DNA of 64,000 bases from Candidatus Doudnabacteria bacterium (GCA_963768175.1 CAVYGQ010000001.1:382305-446304), one strand, 5' to 3'. Numbered from the stretch's first letter, positions 38,379 through 48,331 are shown. A program made the numbers and translations. Notes: generated by a model from the sequence alone, not told the origin.

Positions 38379-40796
38379 TTACTCCAGCATCCCCTTTTGT
38401 TCCAAATGCAAAAAAATTGATGTTAAAAACTGCCTTTTGATGTCCGACTTCAAAGCTTCAAACAATTTACGGCCTTCCAAAACATAATCAATTAGCGGAT
38501 CTTCCGAGGCGTAAGAAAACAGCCCGGCTTCCTCTTTAAGCACGTCCATTAAATCCAGCTGGCTGCTCCAATTATTGTCTATAATTTCCAAAATTAAATT
38601 CTGGCCGGCCTGGTAAACTTCCGGCTCTATTTTAATTTTTAAAGCCAACTCTTCCAAAATATCCGCCAGTTTTTCCGCCGCGTTGTTTAGGACAACAGGA
38701 TCCGCCGCCTTGTAAAACGGGTTTAGCCACTCGTTTAAAACATCAGTTTTGCCATTTTTGGCAGCCAGTCCCAAAGACTGCTGAATTTCTTCCGGCTTGG
38801 CATCTACACGGAAAACTTTTAACATTTCCTCGGAAATCAGTTTGGCATCGCCGGTTTGCAAAATTTCCGCCAAAACTTCACGGATGGATTTTTTTAAAAA
38901 ACCCAAAAAGTTTGTTTCGTTCTCTAAAAGCGAATCGCGGAGCGCGTAAATATATTTTCTTTGGAACTTGGTCACGCTGTCGTATTTGTACAAATAAAGC
39001 CGGCCGTCCAAATTCTTGCTTTCCACAAAATCCTGCGCTTTTTTAAAGGCCTCGTTCAAACTTTTGCCGGAAATATATTCGTCTTCGGGAATATCGTAGG
39101 CTTCCATGGTATTGATAATTTTCTCGCTGCCGAACAACTGCATTATTTCGTCCTCCATGGAAATTAAAAATTGCGTCTCGCCCGGCTCTCCCTGCCGCCC
39201 GCTGCGGCCAATTAATTGGTCATCAATCCGCCTTGATTCGTGCCGCTCCGTGCCCAAAACGTACAACCCCCCCAAGCGCGCTACGCCCGGCCCAAGCAAA
39301 ATGTCCGTACCGCGGCCGGCCATGTTGGTGGCCACAGTTATCATCCCCTCCTGCCCGGCTTTCTGGATCTTTTCCGCTTCGGCGCGATGATCCTGGGCCG
39401 TAAGCAGCTGGTAAGAATATCCGGCTGTATCCAAAATCCCCGCCACCACGTGAGCGGTCTCCACGTTGCGCGTACCAATAAGCAAGGGCTGGCCTTTGCG
39501 TTTTATTTGCTCAATTTTTTTGACCAAACCCAAAAATTTGCCTTTTTGGGTTTTAAAAAATAAATCATTATGGTCCACGCGAATTACCGGCTGGTTAGTG
39601 GGGATTTGGATAACATCAAGCTTGTAAACCTGGTTAAATTCGTCGCGCGCCCTCATAACCGTGCCACTCATGCCGGAAAGTTTTTCGTACATGGGAAAAA
39701 AATTCTGGAAAGTAATGCTGGCCTGCGTCTTGTCGGCATCTTTGACTTTAACATGCTCTTTGGCCTCAATAGCTTGGTGCACGCCATCGGTAAACCGGCG
39801 GCCAGGTAAAACCCGCCCCGTGAATTCGTCGACGATTTCCACGCCTTCGTCGTCTATAATATAGTCGCGGTCTTTTTCAAACACCACTTTGGCTTTCAGG
39901 CAAACATCCAAATAAAACACATACATGGGATTGTCTTTGGAAAATACCGAACCGCCCAAAAGTTGTTCCACTTTATTTAAGCCCACGTCAGTCATAGCGA
40001 CCAGCTTTTGCTGGTAGTCCACCGTGTAGTCTTCATCTTCAACTAATCTTTCCGCAATTTTTGTAAACAGGTCGTAAAAATTCCGCTCCTCTTTTACCGG
40101 TTCGGCAATAATGAGCGGCGTGCGGGATTCGTCTATTAAAATACTGTCGATTTCGTCCACAATGCCAAAATACAGCGGATGCTCGGGCCGCAAAACCCGC
40201 TCGCTTCTGGAAAAAACCAAATTGTCGCGCAAATAATCAAAACCGGCTTCCTGGTTGGTAACGTAAGTAATATCGCAGGCGTAGGCTTTGCGGCGCTCGT
40301 CATTTTTCATGGTGGAGGTGACAAAACCTACGCTCAAGCCCAAAAAATTATAAAGCTTACCCATCCACTTGGCGTCGCGCTCCGCAAGATAATCGTTGGT
40401 GGTAATCAAGTGCACGCCATAACCCATTAACGCATTGATATAAACCGGCATGGTTTCGGTTAAGGTTTTGCCTTCGCCGGCCTTCATTTCCGCCACGCGG
40501 CCTGAATGGATAACCAGCCCGGCCAAAATCTGCACCGGAAAAGGCGACTGGCCCAGCACCCGGCGCGCGGCCTCGTTGACCACGGCAAAAGCCTGGACCA
40601 CCAAGCTGTCCAGGCGCTTGCCTTTTTGCAAATCATCCCTAAAAGCCAAACCGGCGAGCTTAAGCTCCTGGTCCGACCAACCTTTTAATTCCTCGCGCTC
40701 TTTTAAAACCAGCTTGACCCGGTACTCCAAACCCTCCAAAGCCCAGTTGTCTATATATCTATTAGCGCCTTCTTTTAAACTTCCTAAGATATCCAT
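38379..40796 (-). CDS. secA: SecA-family translocase ATPase (short, possibly an accessory paralog)
   Basis: GEGKT, NDYLAERD, DEIDSILIDESRTPLII, TNMAGRGTDI, GRSGRQG. Confidence 0.9.
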   Translation of the reverse strand: MDILGSLKEGANRYIDNWALEGLEYRVKLVLKEREELKGWSDQELKLAGLAFRDDLQKGKRLDSLVVQAFAVVNEAARRVLGQSPFPVQILAGLVIHSGRVAEMKAGEGKTLTETMPVYINALMGYGVHLITTNDYLAERDAKWMGKLYNFLGLSVGFVTSTMKNDERRKAYACDITYVTNQEAGFDYLRDNLVFSRSERVLRPEHPLYFGIVDEIDSILIDESRTPLIIAEPVKEERNFYDLFTKIAERLVEDEDYTVDYQQKLVAMTDVGLNKVEQLLGGSVFSKDNPMYVFYLDVCLKAKVVFEKDRDYIIDDEGVEIVDEFTGRVLPGRRFTDGVHQAIEAKEHVKVKDADKTQASITFQNFFPMYEKLSGMSGTVMRARDEFNQVYKLDVIQIPTNQPVIRVDHNDLFFKTQKGKFLGLVKKIEQIKRKGQPLLIGTRNVETAHVVAGILDTAGYSYQLLTAQDHRAEAEKIQKAGQEGMITVATNMAGRGTDILLGPGVARLGGLYVLGTERHESRRIDDQLIGRSGRQGEPGETQFLISMEDEIMQLFGSEKIINTMEAYDIPEDEYISGKSLNEAFKKAQDFVESKNLDGRLYLYKYDSVTKFQRKYIYALRDSLLENETNFLGFLKKSIREVLAEILQTGDAKLISEEMLKVFRVDAKPEEIQQSLGLAAKNGKTDVLNEWLNPFYKAADPVVLNNAAEKLADILEELALKIKIEPEVYQAGQNLILEIIDNNWSSQLDLMDVLKEEAGLFSYASEDPLIDYVLEGRKLFEALKSDIKRQFLTSIFLHLEQKGMLE

Positions 40797-40910
40797 TTTT
40801 TATTTTAATTTCAAAATTTATTCCGTCATTTGGATAAATTATACCACAAAAAATGGATTTATGCTATAATATACTCAATCAGAAAAATTAACAAATAAGC
40901 TATAAACAAT

Positions 40911-41456
40911 ATGATATATCTCTATATTATTATAGTCCTGGCGATTATAGTAATCCTCTTGTTCAACGGCTTAGTCCGCTCCAAAAACCGCGTGGACGAA
41001 GCCTGGAGCGACATAGACGTGCAATTAAAGCGCAGATACGATTTAATCCCGAACTTGGTGGAAACGGTAAAGGGATACGCCGCGCACGAATCGGGTGTGT
41101 TTGAAAAAGTCACCGCCGCGCGCACCGCGGCCATGAGCGCCGGCACAATGGACGATAAATTAAAACAGGAGAACGCCCTGTCTGGCACCTTAAAGAGTTT
41201 GTTTGCGGTGGCGGAAAATTATCCGGACTTAAAAGCCAATGCTAATTTTTTACAGTTGCAGAGCGACTTAACCGATACCGAAGACAAAATCCAGGCCGCC
41301 CGCCGCTTTTACAACGGCAATGTCCGCGACTTCAACACCAAAATCCAGCAATTCCCCGGCAACATGTTTGCTTCCATGTTCGGCTTTACCAAACGCGACT
41401 TCTTTGGGATAGACGAAAGCGGCCCCGAGGCGCAGCCGGTCAAGGTTCAATTTTAA
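40911..41456 (+). CDS. lemA: LemA family protein
   Basis: WSDIDVQLKRRYDLIPNLV, ENYPDLKAN, ARRFYN. Confidence 0.96.
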   Translation: MIYLYIIIVLAIIVILLFNGLVRSKNRVDEAWSDIDVQLKRRYDLIPNLVETVKGYAAHESGVFEKVTAARTAAMSAGTMDDKLKQENALSGTLKSLFAVAENYPDLKANANFLQLQSDLTDTEDKIQAARRFYNGNVRDFNTKIQQFPGNMFASMFGFTKRDFFGIDESGPEAQPVKVQF

Positions 41457-41553
41457 TTGAACCTTGACCCCGAGCGAAGCCGAGGGGTGAAAGTGCAATT
41501 TTAATTGAACCTTGACCCCGAGCGAAGCCGAGGGGTGAAAGTGCAATTTTAAT
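41448..41553 (+). repeat. 48-bp tandem repeat (2.2 copies) at the lemA 3' end
   Basis: caattttaattgaaccttgaccccgagcgaagccgaggggtgaaagtg x2 plus caattttaat. Confidence 0.9.
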
Positions 41554-41628
41554 CATTCAAACATTTAAACATACAAGCATTTAAGCATGTTTATATGCTT
41601 TAATGTTTATATGCTTAGATGACCCCCA

Positions 41629-42579
41629 ATGCTCACCTACGACCTCATCAACAAAAACAAACGCGAAAGCTGGATATTAATATTCAGCTTTTTGGTCGTA
41701 ATTTCCGCGCTCGGCTGGGTATTCGCCCAGGTCTATCAAAACAGCGCGATTTTGTATTTGGCCGTAATTTTCAGCGTCGGCTCCGCGCTGTTTTCCTACT
41801 ATTTTGCCGATTCCATTACACTGGCGGTTTCCAAGGCGCAGGAAGTAGACAGGGCTTCCAACCAGCAGCTATATAACATCGTGGAGAACCTTTGTATTAC
41901 CGCCGGCATTCCCACACCGAAAATTTACATCATCCAAGACTTAGCCCCCAACGCCTTTGCCACTGGCCGCGACCCCAAACACGCGGTAATTTGCTTTACC
42001 ACCGGCATTTTGCAAAAGCTAAATAAAACCGAATTGGAAGGCGTAACCGCGCACGAACTTTCCCATATTGGCAATTACGATATCCGCCTAATGACTTTGG
42101 TAGTGGTTTTGGTTGGAATGATTGCCCTTATGTCTAATTGGTTTTTGCGCTTTTCTTTTTTTGGCGGCCGCAGAAGCAACAGCAAAGACAACAATCTTGG
42201 CATGATTTTATTCTGTATCGGAATTTTGCTGGCTATTCTCTCCCCTCTCATTGCCACCTTAATAAAACTGGCAGTGTCCCGCCAGCGCGAGTACTTGGCA
42301 GACGCCTCCGGTGCACTACTAACCCGCTACCCGGAAGGGCTCGCCTCGGCTTTAGAAAAAATTTCCGATGACCAAACTCCCCTTATGGAAGCCAACAACG
42401 CCACCGCGCATCTTTACATTGTTAACCCCTTTCACCAGGACCGCGACCAAGCCACCCGTGCCCCGTCGGATGACGGGGCCGAAAACCCTCACGGCGCCCG
42501 CAGCTTTATGGCCGGCTTGTTTAACACCCATCCCCCGATTGAAGATAGAATTAAAAGACTTAGGGAAATGAATCTGTAA
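41629..42579 (+). CDS. htpX: M48 zinc metalloprotease HtpX
   Basis: PNAFATG, HELSH, SRQREYLADA, THPP. Confidence 0.94.
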   Translation: MLTYDLINKNKRESWILIFSFLVVISALGWVFAQVYQNSAILYLAVIFSVGSALFSYYFADSITLAVSKAQEVDRASNQQLYNIVENLCITAGIPTPKIYIIQDLAPNAFATGRDPKHAVICFTTGILQKLNKTELEGVTAHELSHIGNYDIRLMTLVVVLVGMIALMSNWFLRFSFFGGRRSNSKDNNLGMILFCIGILLAILSPLIATLIKLAVSRQREYLADASGALLTRYPEGLASALEKISDDQTPLMEANNATAHLYIVNPFHQDRDQATRAPSDDGAENPHGARSFMAGLFNTHPPIEDRIKRLREMNL

Positions 42580-42583
42580 ACTT

Positions 42584-42889
42584 ATGCCAGAAGGAAAAGA
42601 GCCAAAATTTTATTCTTCTGATATGGAGCGCAGGAATGTAAATTTTAGGAAGGAAGATGCTTTAATTAAAGATGAAATCAAAGAAAAACTTTTTGCGTAT
42701 TACGCAAAATTGATGACCGCCCATGACAGTACTTATCCTGGCCATGTACTATCTTGGGAAGAAGCCGCGCTGATATTAGGGATAACAGCCAAAGAATTAA
42801 AGATTACTATCCGCAGAGCTTTTAAAACCGAGTCACTAAATGAAGTACTGGAAGGTATGGGCTTACCGCATAAGCCAGTTAGTTACTAA
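42584..42889 (+). CDS. Hypothetical protein with one helical repeat unit
   Basis: HVLS.EEAA..LG...F....L...L..MGLP, similar to units in 42961 and 44588. Confidence 0.65.
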   Translation: MPEGKEPKFYSSDMERRNVNFRKEDALIKDEIKEKLFAYYAKLMTAHDSTYPGHVLSWEEAALILGITAKELKITIRRAFKTESLNEVLEGMGLPHKPVSY

Positions 42890-42960
42890 AAATCAATTTT
42901 GCTATTACTTGCCCGCCGAAGTCCGCCAGAGGCGGACGAAGGCGGGAGAGCGATGAATTT

Positions 42961-43782
42961 ATGACATTTAGGCCGGAACAAAATATGGAAGAAGAATACC
43001 TTAGTCCTATACAGAAAGCTGAAAAGGAAGCTTCCGACAAATGGCGCCAAATTAGAGCAAAATTATTGGAGCACTATGCGCAAAAAACAAAAATAGACAA
43101 AGCATACTCTGCCCATGTGCTCACATTGTTTGAAATCCTTGAGATATTAAAAAAAACTCCCAATGATTGGGCGGGTTTAATCAAAGAAGTCTTTCATACC
43201 AGCTCAACAGATATGGCCCTAGCAGCCATGGGACTTCCCTATCATCAACCCAGGGTTGTAGGACTTAGGGGACAGAAAGAGCAACAGTCAAAACTAGCAA
43301 CAGAGAGAAGCGAAAAACTCGCAAAATTTGGAGCGGTAATAGAAAAATTACGCAAAAAAAGGGGCGGTGACAAAAATTTAATAAGGCAAAAGTTTGCTAA
43401 GGAATTAGGTATAAATGAGAGTGGCTTAGGGGGCTATCTTGCCAGTATGTATCCCAGCACACAATCGCTGGAGGAAGCTATTGGAATCTACGACAGAGAC
43501 CACGGCCAAAAACCTTTAGGAGAACGCCGGGCTGAAGAAATGGCTCAAAAAAGAGAAAAGGATATGCACCGCATCACCCTAGCACTCAAAAAATTTCACG
43601 CGGATAGGGTAGCAACCGGCGGAAGAGCCGACTACGTCCTTTCAAAAAGAAATGCTGAAAAAGCCCTTGGCTTAAAAGACGACAAAGAACTGGAACAATT
43701 ACTTAGCCGGACTTTTGGATCGGGTTTCCAAAAAGTTTTAGAAAATATTGAATTGCCCTATAGGAGAGAAAGGCGCTTTTAA
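42961..43782 (+). CDS. Hypothetical protein with about three helical repeat units
   Basis: Units end in AMGLPY, EAIG and FGSGFQKVLENIELPY. Confidence 0.7.
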   Translation: MTFRPEQNMEEEYLSPIQKAEKEASDKWRQIRAKLLEHYAQKTKIDKAYSAHVLTLFEILEILKKTPNDWAGLIKEVFHTSSTDMALAAMGLPYHQPRVVGLRGQKEQQSKLATERSEKLAKFGAVIEKLRKKRGGDKNLIRQKFAKELGINESGLGGYLASMYPSTQSLEEAIGIYDRDHGQKPLGERRAEEMAQKREKDMHRITLALKKFHADRVATGGRADYVLSKRNAEKALGLKDDKELEQLLSRTFGSGFQKVLENIELPYRRERRF

Positions 43783-43851
43783 AAAACCAGTTTCGCTATA
43801 ACCTCCCCGCGAAAACCATAAGTATACCGGCTGTTGGCTATAAAAATTTAT

Positions 43852-44564
43852 GGGTCTTGTCTAGGAAATTTTGGTATAATTCCTAGAAAGGCTTATGAAA
43901 TGGAGCAAACTAAGCAAATTTAAGATTAAAAAGATTTTACGATGTTTTGCCGATGAGTTGACCTCGACCCAAACAGCTAAACAGCTCCATTTGAACAGGC
44001 ACACTTCTGACAGCTACTACCAGTATTTCAGAGAACAGATTGCAGACTATGAGGAAAAGAATCTTAAACAGCAGTCAGGTAATATTGAGATCGACGAGTT
44101 CTTATTTCGGCAGCAGGCACTTTGGAGACAAGCGGGGCAGGGGTGCCAAGTGGCGGATTCCAGTCATCGGGATATTAAAGCGGAAGGGTATAGTCTACGC
44201 TAATGTGATTCCCGATGCTTCCCGTAAGAGCCTTATGCCTATTATCGAAAAGCTGGTTAAGAAGTCTAAAAGTAATCTGTATACGGACAAATGGCGGAGT
44301 TATGACGGGCTAGTTTTTAAAGGCTACAAACACTACCGGATTAACCATTCTAAGGAGTTTGTCAGGAACCACAACCACATTAATGGTATCGAGAGCTTCT
44401 GGTCCTACACCAAGCGCAAGATGAGGAAACACAACGGCATTAGGAGGGACAAATTCTACTGGTACTTAAAGGAATCAGAGTTTCGGTTCAACCATCGGCA
44501 TCAGGATATGTACAAATCAATGTTAAAAATCATTAAAGTGTAGAAAATCTTCTATACAAGACCC
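43852..44564 (+). mobile_element. IS1595-family (IS1016/ISXO2-like) insertion sequence, 713 bp
   Basis: TIRs gggtcttgtctaggaaattt / gggtcttgtatagaagattt; 8-bp TSD AAATTTAT at 43844-43851 and 44565-44572. Confidence 0.93.
43895..44543 (+). pseudogene. IS1595 transposase with a +1 frameshift near 44100
   Basis: HTH, EIDE|SYFG, YTDKWRSYDGL, NHS, HINGIESFWS; the extra T in GAGTTCTTAT breaks the frame. Confidence 0.88.
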
Positions 44565-44587
44565 AAATTTATAATAGGAAATAATTT

Positions 44588-45025
44588 ATGGACGAATCCG
44601 GACGACCAAGACAAGTATTTAGCGGAATAGAGTGTGACGACGCGCAACGCGAAAAGCTTAAATCGGCGTTGCGGGAAATCCAGGCTGAGCACGGGATGGG
44701 CCGAGAACTTAGCTATGAGGATTTCAAAGACGGTTTAAAAAAGCGCGACCTCAGCATTGGTGCCGCTTGTAGTTATTTTCTTGACCTGGAAGGTTTAAGG
44801 GCGGTCGCCAATCCGGAATATAAAAAAATCGAGCTTGATTTAAAAAAATTGATAGAGTTTATAAAAAGTTTTTATGCTCAAAACCATAATGTCCCAACAT
44901 ATAAACAGGCGGCTGAAGGGTTGGGATTGCCAGTAAACAAATTTGGAAGCCTACTCCAAAATAAAAGGACTAACTATACTGCCCTGTGCATGCGGCTTGG
45001 GCTCAAAAAATTAAAGGGAGAGTAA
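44588..45025 (+). CDS. Hypothetical protein with helical repeat units
   Basis: KSFYAQNHNVPTYKQAAEGLGL...YTALCMRLGL. Confidence 0.65.
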   Translation: MDESGRPRQVFSGIECDDAQREKLKSALREIQAEHGMGRELSYEDFKDGLKKRDLSIGAACSYFLDLEGLRAVANPEYKKIELDLKKLIEFIKSFYAQNHNVPTYKQAAEGLGLPVNKFGSLLQNKRTNYTALCMRLGLKKLKGE

Positions 45026-45044
45026 ATTATTGTTTTTTCTTTTG

Positions 45045-45569
45045 CTAAAATACCAATTTTGCTATTACCTCCCCGCGGAAACCGCGGGATTTTAATTTTT
45101 GCGCGGTTTTTTGTTTTTGTTTGCTTTGTTCTTCGTTGAATGTATTATAAGTATTATCCGTTGCGTCCGCATCGGGCGATGCGGACGCAACAACGCCTTC
45201 TTTTTTTAAATACCGTTTGGCAATTTTTAATTCTTCCTCTTTAGACAGACCTTCGTCTAAAATTTTCTCAATGAGGGCAGGCGGCAGCTTTTTCATCAGA
45301 AATTTCTTTTTAATCCCAAAATAACCCAAATTTTTGTATTGCTTTAAATTATCCAAAAAAACTTCCACGTAGCGTTCGTCATCCAAATATTTTTGTTGAT
45401 GAAGTTGCCCCAATACGTTCTCAATGATGGCCGGCGGATATCCCCGCTTTTCCATCTTTTCCCTTATCTCGCCCACTGTCCGCAGCTGAAGCGACAGCAA
45501 AAACACGGCATACTCGTATGCTTTTTCTTTATTTTCGGGCTCTTTGGTTTTAGAAGGTTTTTTGAACAT
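45045..45569 (-). CDS. recX: Regulatory protein RecX
   Basis: LLSLQLRTVGEIREKM, YLDDERY, L.SRGF. Confidence 0.88.
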   Translation of the reverse strand: MFKKPSKTKEPENKEKAYEYAVFLLSLQLRTVGEIREKMEKRGYPPAIIENVLGQLHQQKYLDDERYVEVFLDNLKQYKNLGYFGIKKKFLMKKLPPALIEKILDEGLSKEEELKIAKRYLKKEGVVASASPDADATDNTYNTFNEEQSKQKQKTAQKLKSRGFRGEVIAKLVF

Positions 45570-45665
45570 TAATCTTACTGTCTTTACTAACTACTAATCT
45601 TTACGAATATACTAATATGCAATTTCAGAATTAGTATATTAGTATTATTTCGTAGTTAGTAAAGT

Positions 45666-45704
45666 TTATCACTCTATTGACACGAGTGATAATTTTGTTA
45701 TAAT
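45666..45704 (+). promoter_or_regulatory. CIRCE-like operator overlapping the clpC sigma70 promoter
   Basis: TTATCACTC-N9-GAGTGATAA enclosing TTGACA; TG-n-TATAAT at 45696-45704. Confidence 0.75.
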
Positions 45705-45775
45705 CTACATATATGAGATAATCTAAGTGTAGCAGATCTCTAACCACTGTCCACTAAACACTACTCACTATCAAA

Positions 45776-48331
45776 ATGACGAATTTCACTTACATTTTAG
45801 AACGCCTGTCCTCCCGCGCCAAAAACGCCCTTATTATGGCGCAGTTGGTGAGCGAAGAGCTAAAGCACGACCATATTGGCACGGAGCATCTTTTGTACGG
45901 CGTAATTTCCGAAAAAAGCTCTTTTGCCGCGGAAATCTTGACCAAAACCAAACTCACGCCGGAAATAATCAAGCAGGAACTGACGCTGGTAAACAGCAAT
46001 AACACGGTCAATTCCTGGAAGCCAGTGCTGTCGGAAAACCTAAAATTAGTCATAGAAAAATCGGCGATAGTTGCCAGCCAGTACGGCTACCAGTTTATTG
46101 GCACCGAACATTTCTTGTTCGGCTTGCTCACCGTGCCGCAAAACAAAGCCAAGGTAATTTTATCCAAACTGGGCATAGATATTTTGGAACTGGAACAAAA
46201 CCTGACAAACGTTTTTGAAAACATTTCCAAATTCCCGGAAATGCCCATGGGCGCGGAAATGCCCGGCGGGCATAATTTTGAAGGGCCGGGCTTTGGACCT
46301 TCGCCCAAAATGCCCGACGCCAAAAAAGGCGGACTGCTGGAATTTTTTACCACCGATTTAACCAAAAAAGCCAAAGATGGCCTAGTAGACCCGGTCATTG
46401 GGCGCAAACATGAAATCGAGCGGTTAATTAGCATCTTAAACCGCCGCACCAAAAACAATCCCCTGCTCATTGGCGAGGCCGGCGTGGGCAAAACCGCCAT
46501 TGTGGAAGGTCTGGCCTTGGCCATTACCAAACGCGAAGTGCCGGACTCGCTGCTAGACAGAAAAATTCTCGCACTGGATTTGGCTTTAATCGTGGCAGGC
46601 AGCATGTTTCGCGGCGAATTTGAAAACCGGCTCAAGCAGATTATTGATGAAGTTAAAAACGATAAAAACGTGATTTTATTTATAGACGAACTCCACACCA
46701 TGGTCGGCGCCGGCGCCACTACGGGCAGCTTGGATGCGGCCAACATACTTAAGCCGGCGCTGGCCAGGGGCGAACTTAAAGCCATCGGCGCTACCACCCT
46801 AAAAGAATATAAAGAACACATAGAAAAAGACGCGGCCTTAGAACGGCGCTTCCAGCCAATTATAGTGGAAGAGCCGAGCAAGGAAGAAACCGTAGCCATA
46901 CTACAAGGCCTTAGGCAGAATTACGAAAAACACCATAATGTAACCATTACCGACGAAGCCATAAAATCAGCCGTTGAACTTTCATCGCGCTATATCCAAG
47001 ATAGATATTTACCTGACAAGGCCGTAGATTTGATAGACGAAACCGCCGCGTTTTTACGCTCCATAAATTCCAACAGCAAACTGCTTAGAGCAACCAAAAA
47101 AATTGAAAGCGATTTAAGCTCGCTAGAAGAAGAAAAAACCAAAGCGGTTCTGGCGCAGGATTTTACCACGGCCCTGCACTTAAGGACCCAGGAAGAAAAA
47201 CTGCTTAAGCAAAAAGAACAGCTGGCCAAAGGCCTGGCCGCGGAAGAAAAAACCCCGACCCACGTGGTTGTCTCCGAAGACATTGCCCATACGGTTTCCA
47301 TGATGACCAAAATTCCGCTGGCCAAACTCGCCAAAACGGAAATCGGCAAGCTCGCTAATTTGGAAAAAGTCTTAAAAGCCAAAGTCGTGGGGCAAAACGA
47401 AGCCGTGGATGAAATCGCCAAAGCCATTCGCAGGAGCCGCGCCGGCATTGCCGACCCCAGGCGCCCGCTCGGCTCGTTTATTTTTTTGGGTCCCACCGGC
47501 GTGGGCAAAACCGAAACCGCCAAAGTTTTGGCCTCCGAAGTCTTTGAAGACGAGGACGCCTTAATTAGGGTGGATATGTCCGAATTTATGGAGCGGCACA
47601 ATGTGGCACGTTTAATTGGCGCGCCGGCCGGCTACGTGGGCTACGGCGAAGGCGGCAGGCTGACCGAAGCCGTGCGCCGCAAGCCTTACTCGGTTGTGCT
47701 CTTTGACGAAATAGAAAAAGCCAATCCGGACGTTTTTAATATTTTTCTGCAAATTTTGGAAGAGGGCCAGCTTACGGATTCCGAAGGCAAAAAAGTCAGT
47801 TTCCGCAACACCGTGGTAATTATGACCTCTAATTTAGGCATGCAAGAGCTGACCAACCAAGCCGCAAAGATTGGATTTGCCGATAAAACGGAAAAACTTG
47901 ATCAAAAAGACAGGTTGCAAAAAGAATACGAAAAAATTAAAGACAGCATTACCGAAGAGCTGAAAAAAGAATTCCGCCCCGAATTTTTAAACAGGATAGA
48001 CAAAATTATAATCTTTAGGCCATTAGGTTTTAATGAGCTGAAAACAATAACCCAACTGCAAATTGCTCAACTGCAAACCCGCCTGCTTGAACAAAACGTC
48101 CAGCTTAAAGTTTCCCCGGCGGTAATTAAATTCGTGGCTGAAAAAAGCTTTGACCCGGCCCAAGGCGCCCGCTTTGTCCGCAGAAATATCCAAAACCTGA
48201 TTGAAGACCCGCTGGCGGAAAAAATCATTTCCGGCCAAACTCCGGACGGCGCCAAAATCAGCGCCGACGTAAAAAACGACAAAATTTCCTTTAGCCTGCA
48301 CCGTCTGGAAAAAATCCCTGCGCTAGTTTAG
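45776..48331 (+). CDS. clpC: ATP-dependent Clp protease ATP-binding subunit
   Basis: Clp-N repeats (GTEH), GEAGVGKT, GPTGVGKT, UVR-like middle domain. Confidence 0.95.
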   Translation: MTNFTYILERLSSRAKNALIMAQLVSEELKHDHIGTEHLLYGVISEKSSFAAEILTKTKLTPEIIKQELTLVNSNNTVNSWKPVLSENLKLVIEKSAIVASQYGYQFIGTEHFLFGLLTVPQNKAKVILSKLGIDILELEQNLTNVFENISKFPEMPMGAEMPGGHNFEGPGFGPSPKMPDAKKGGLLEFFTTDLTKKAKDGLVDPVIGRKHEIERLISILNRRTKNNPLLIGEAGVGKTAIVEGLALAITKREVPDSLLDRKILALDLALIVAGSMFRGEFENRLKQIIDEVKNDKNVILFIDELHTMVGAGATTGSLDAANILKPALARGELKAIGATTLKEYKEHIEKDAALERRFQPIIVEEPSKEETVAILQGLRQNYEKHHNVTITDEAIKSAVELSSRYIQDRYLPDKAVDLIDETAAFLRSINSNSKLLRATKKIESDLSSLEEEKTKAVLAQDFTTALHLRTQEEKLLKQKEQLAKGLAAEEKTPTHVVVSEDIAHTVSMMTKIPLAKLAKTEIGKLANLEKVLKAKVVGQNEAVDEIAKAIRRSRAGIADPRRPLGSFIFLGPTGVGKTETAKVLASEVFEDEDALIRVDMSEFMERHNVARLIGAPAGYVGYGEGGRLTEAVRRKPYSVVLFDEIEKANPDVFNIFLQILEEGQLTDSEGKKVSFRNTVVIMTSNLGMQELTNQAAKIGFADKTEKLDQKDRLQKEYEKIKDSITEELKKEFRPEFLNRIDKIIIFRPLGFNELKTITQLQIAQLQTRLLEQNVQLKVSPAVIKFVAEKSFDPAQGARFVRRNIQNLIEDPLAEKIISGQTPDGAKISADVKNDKISFSLHRLEKIPALV

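Noticed and set aside
41448-41553. Possible CRISPR array
   Set aside because: Units are identical and contiguous with no unique spacers; no cas genes in the window
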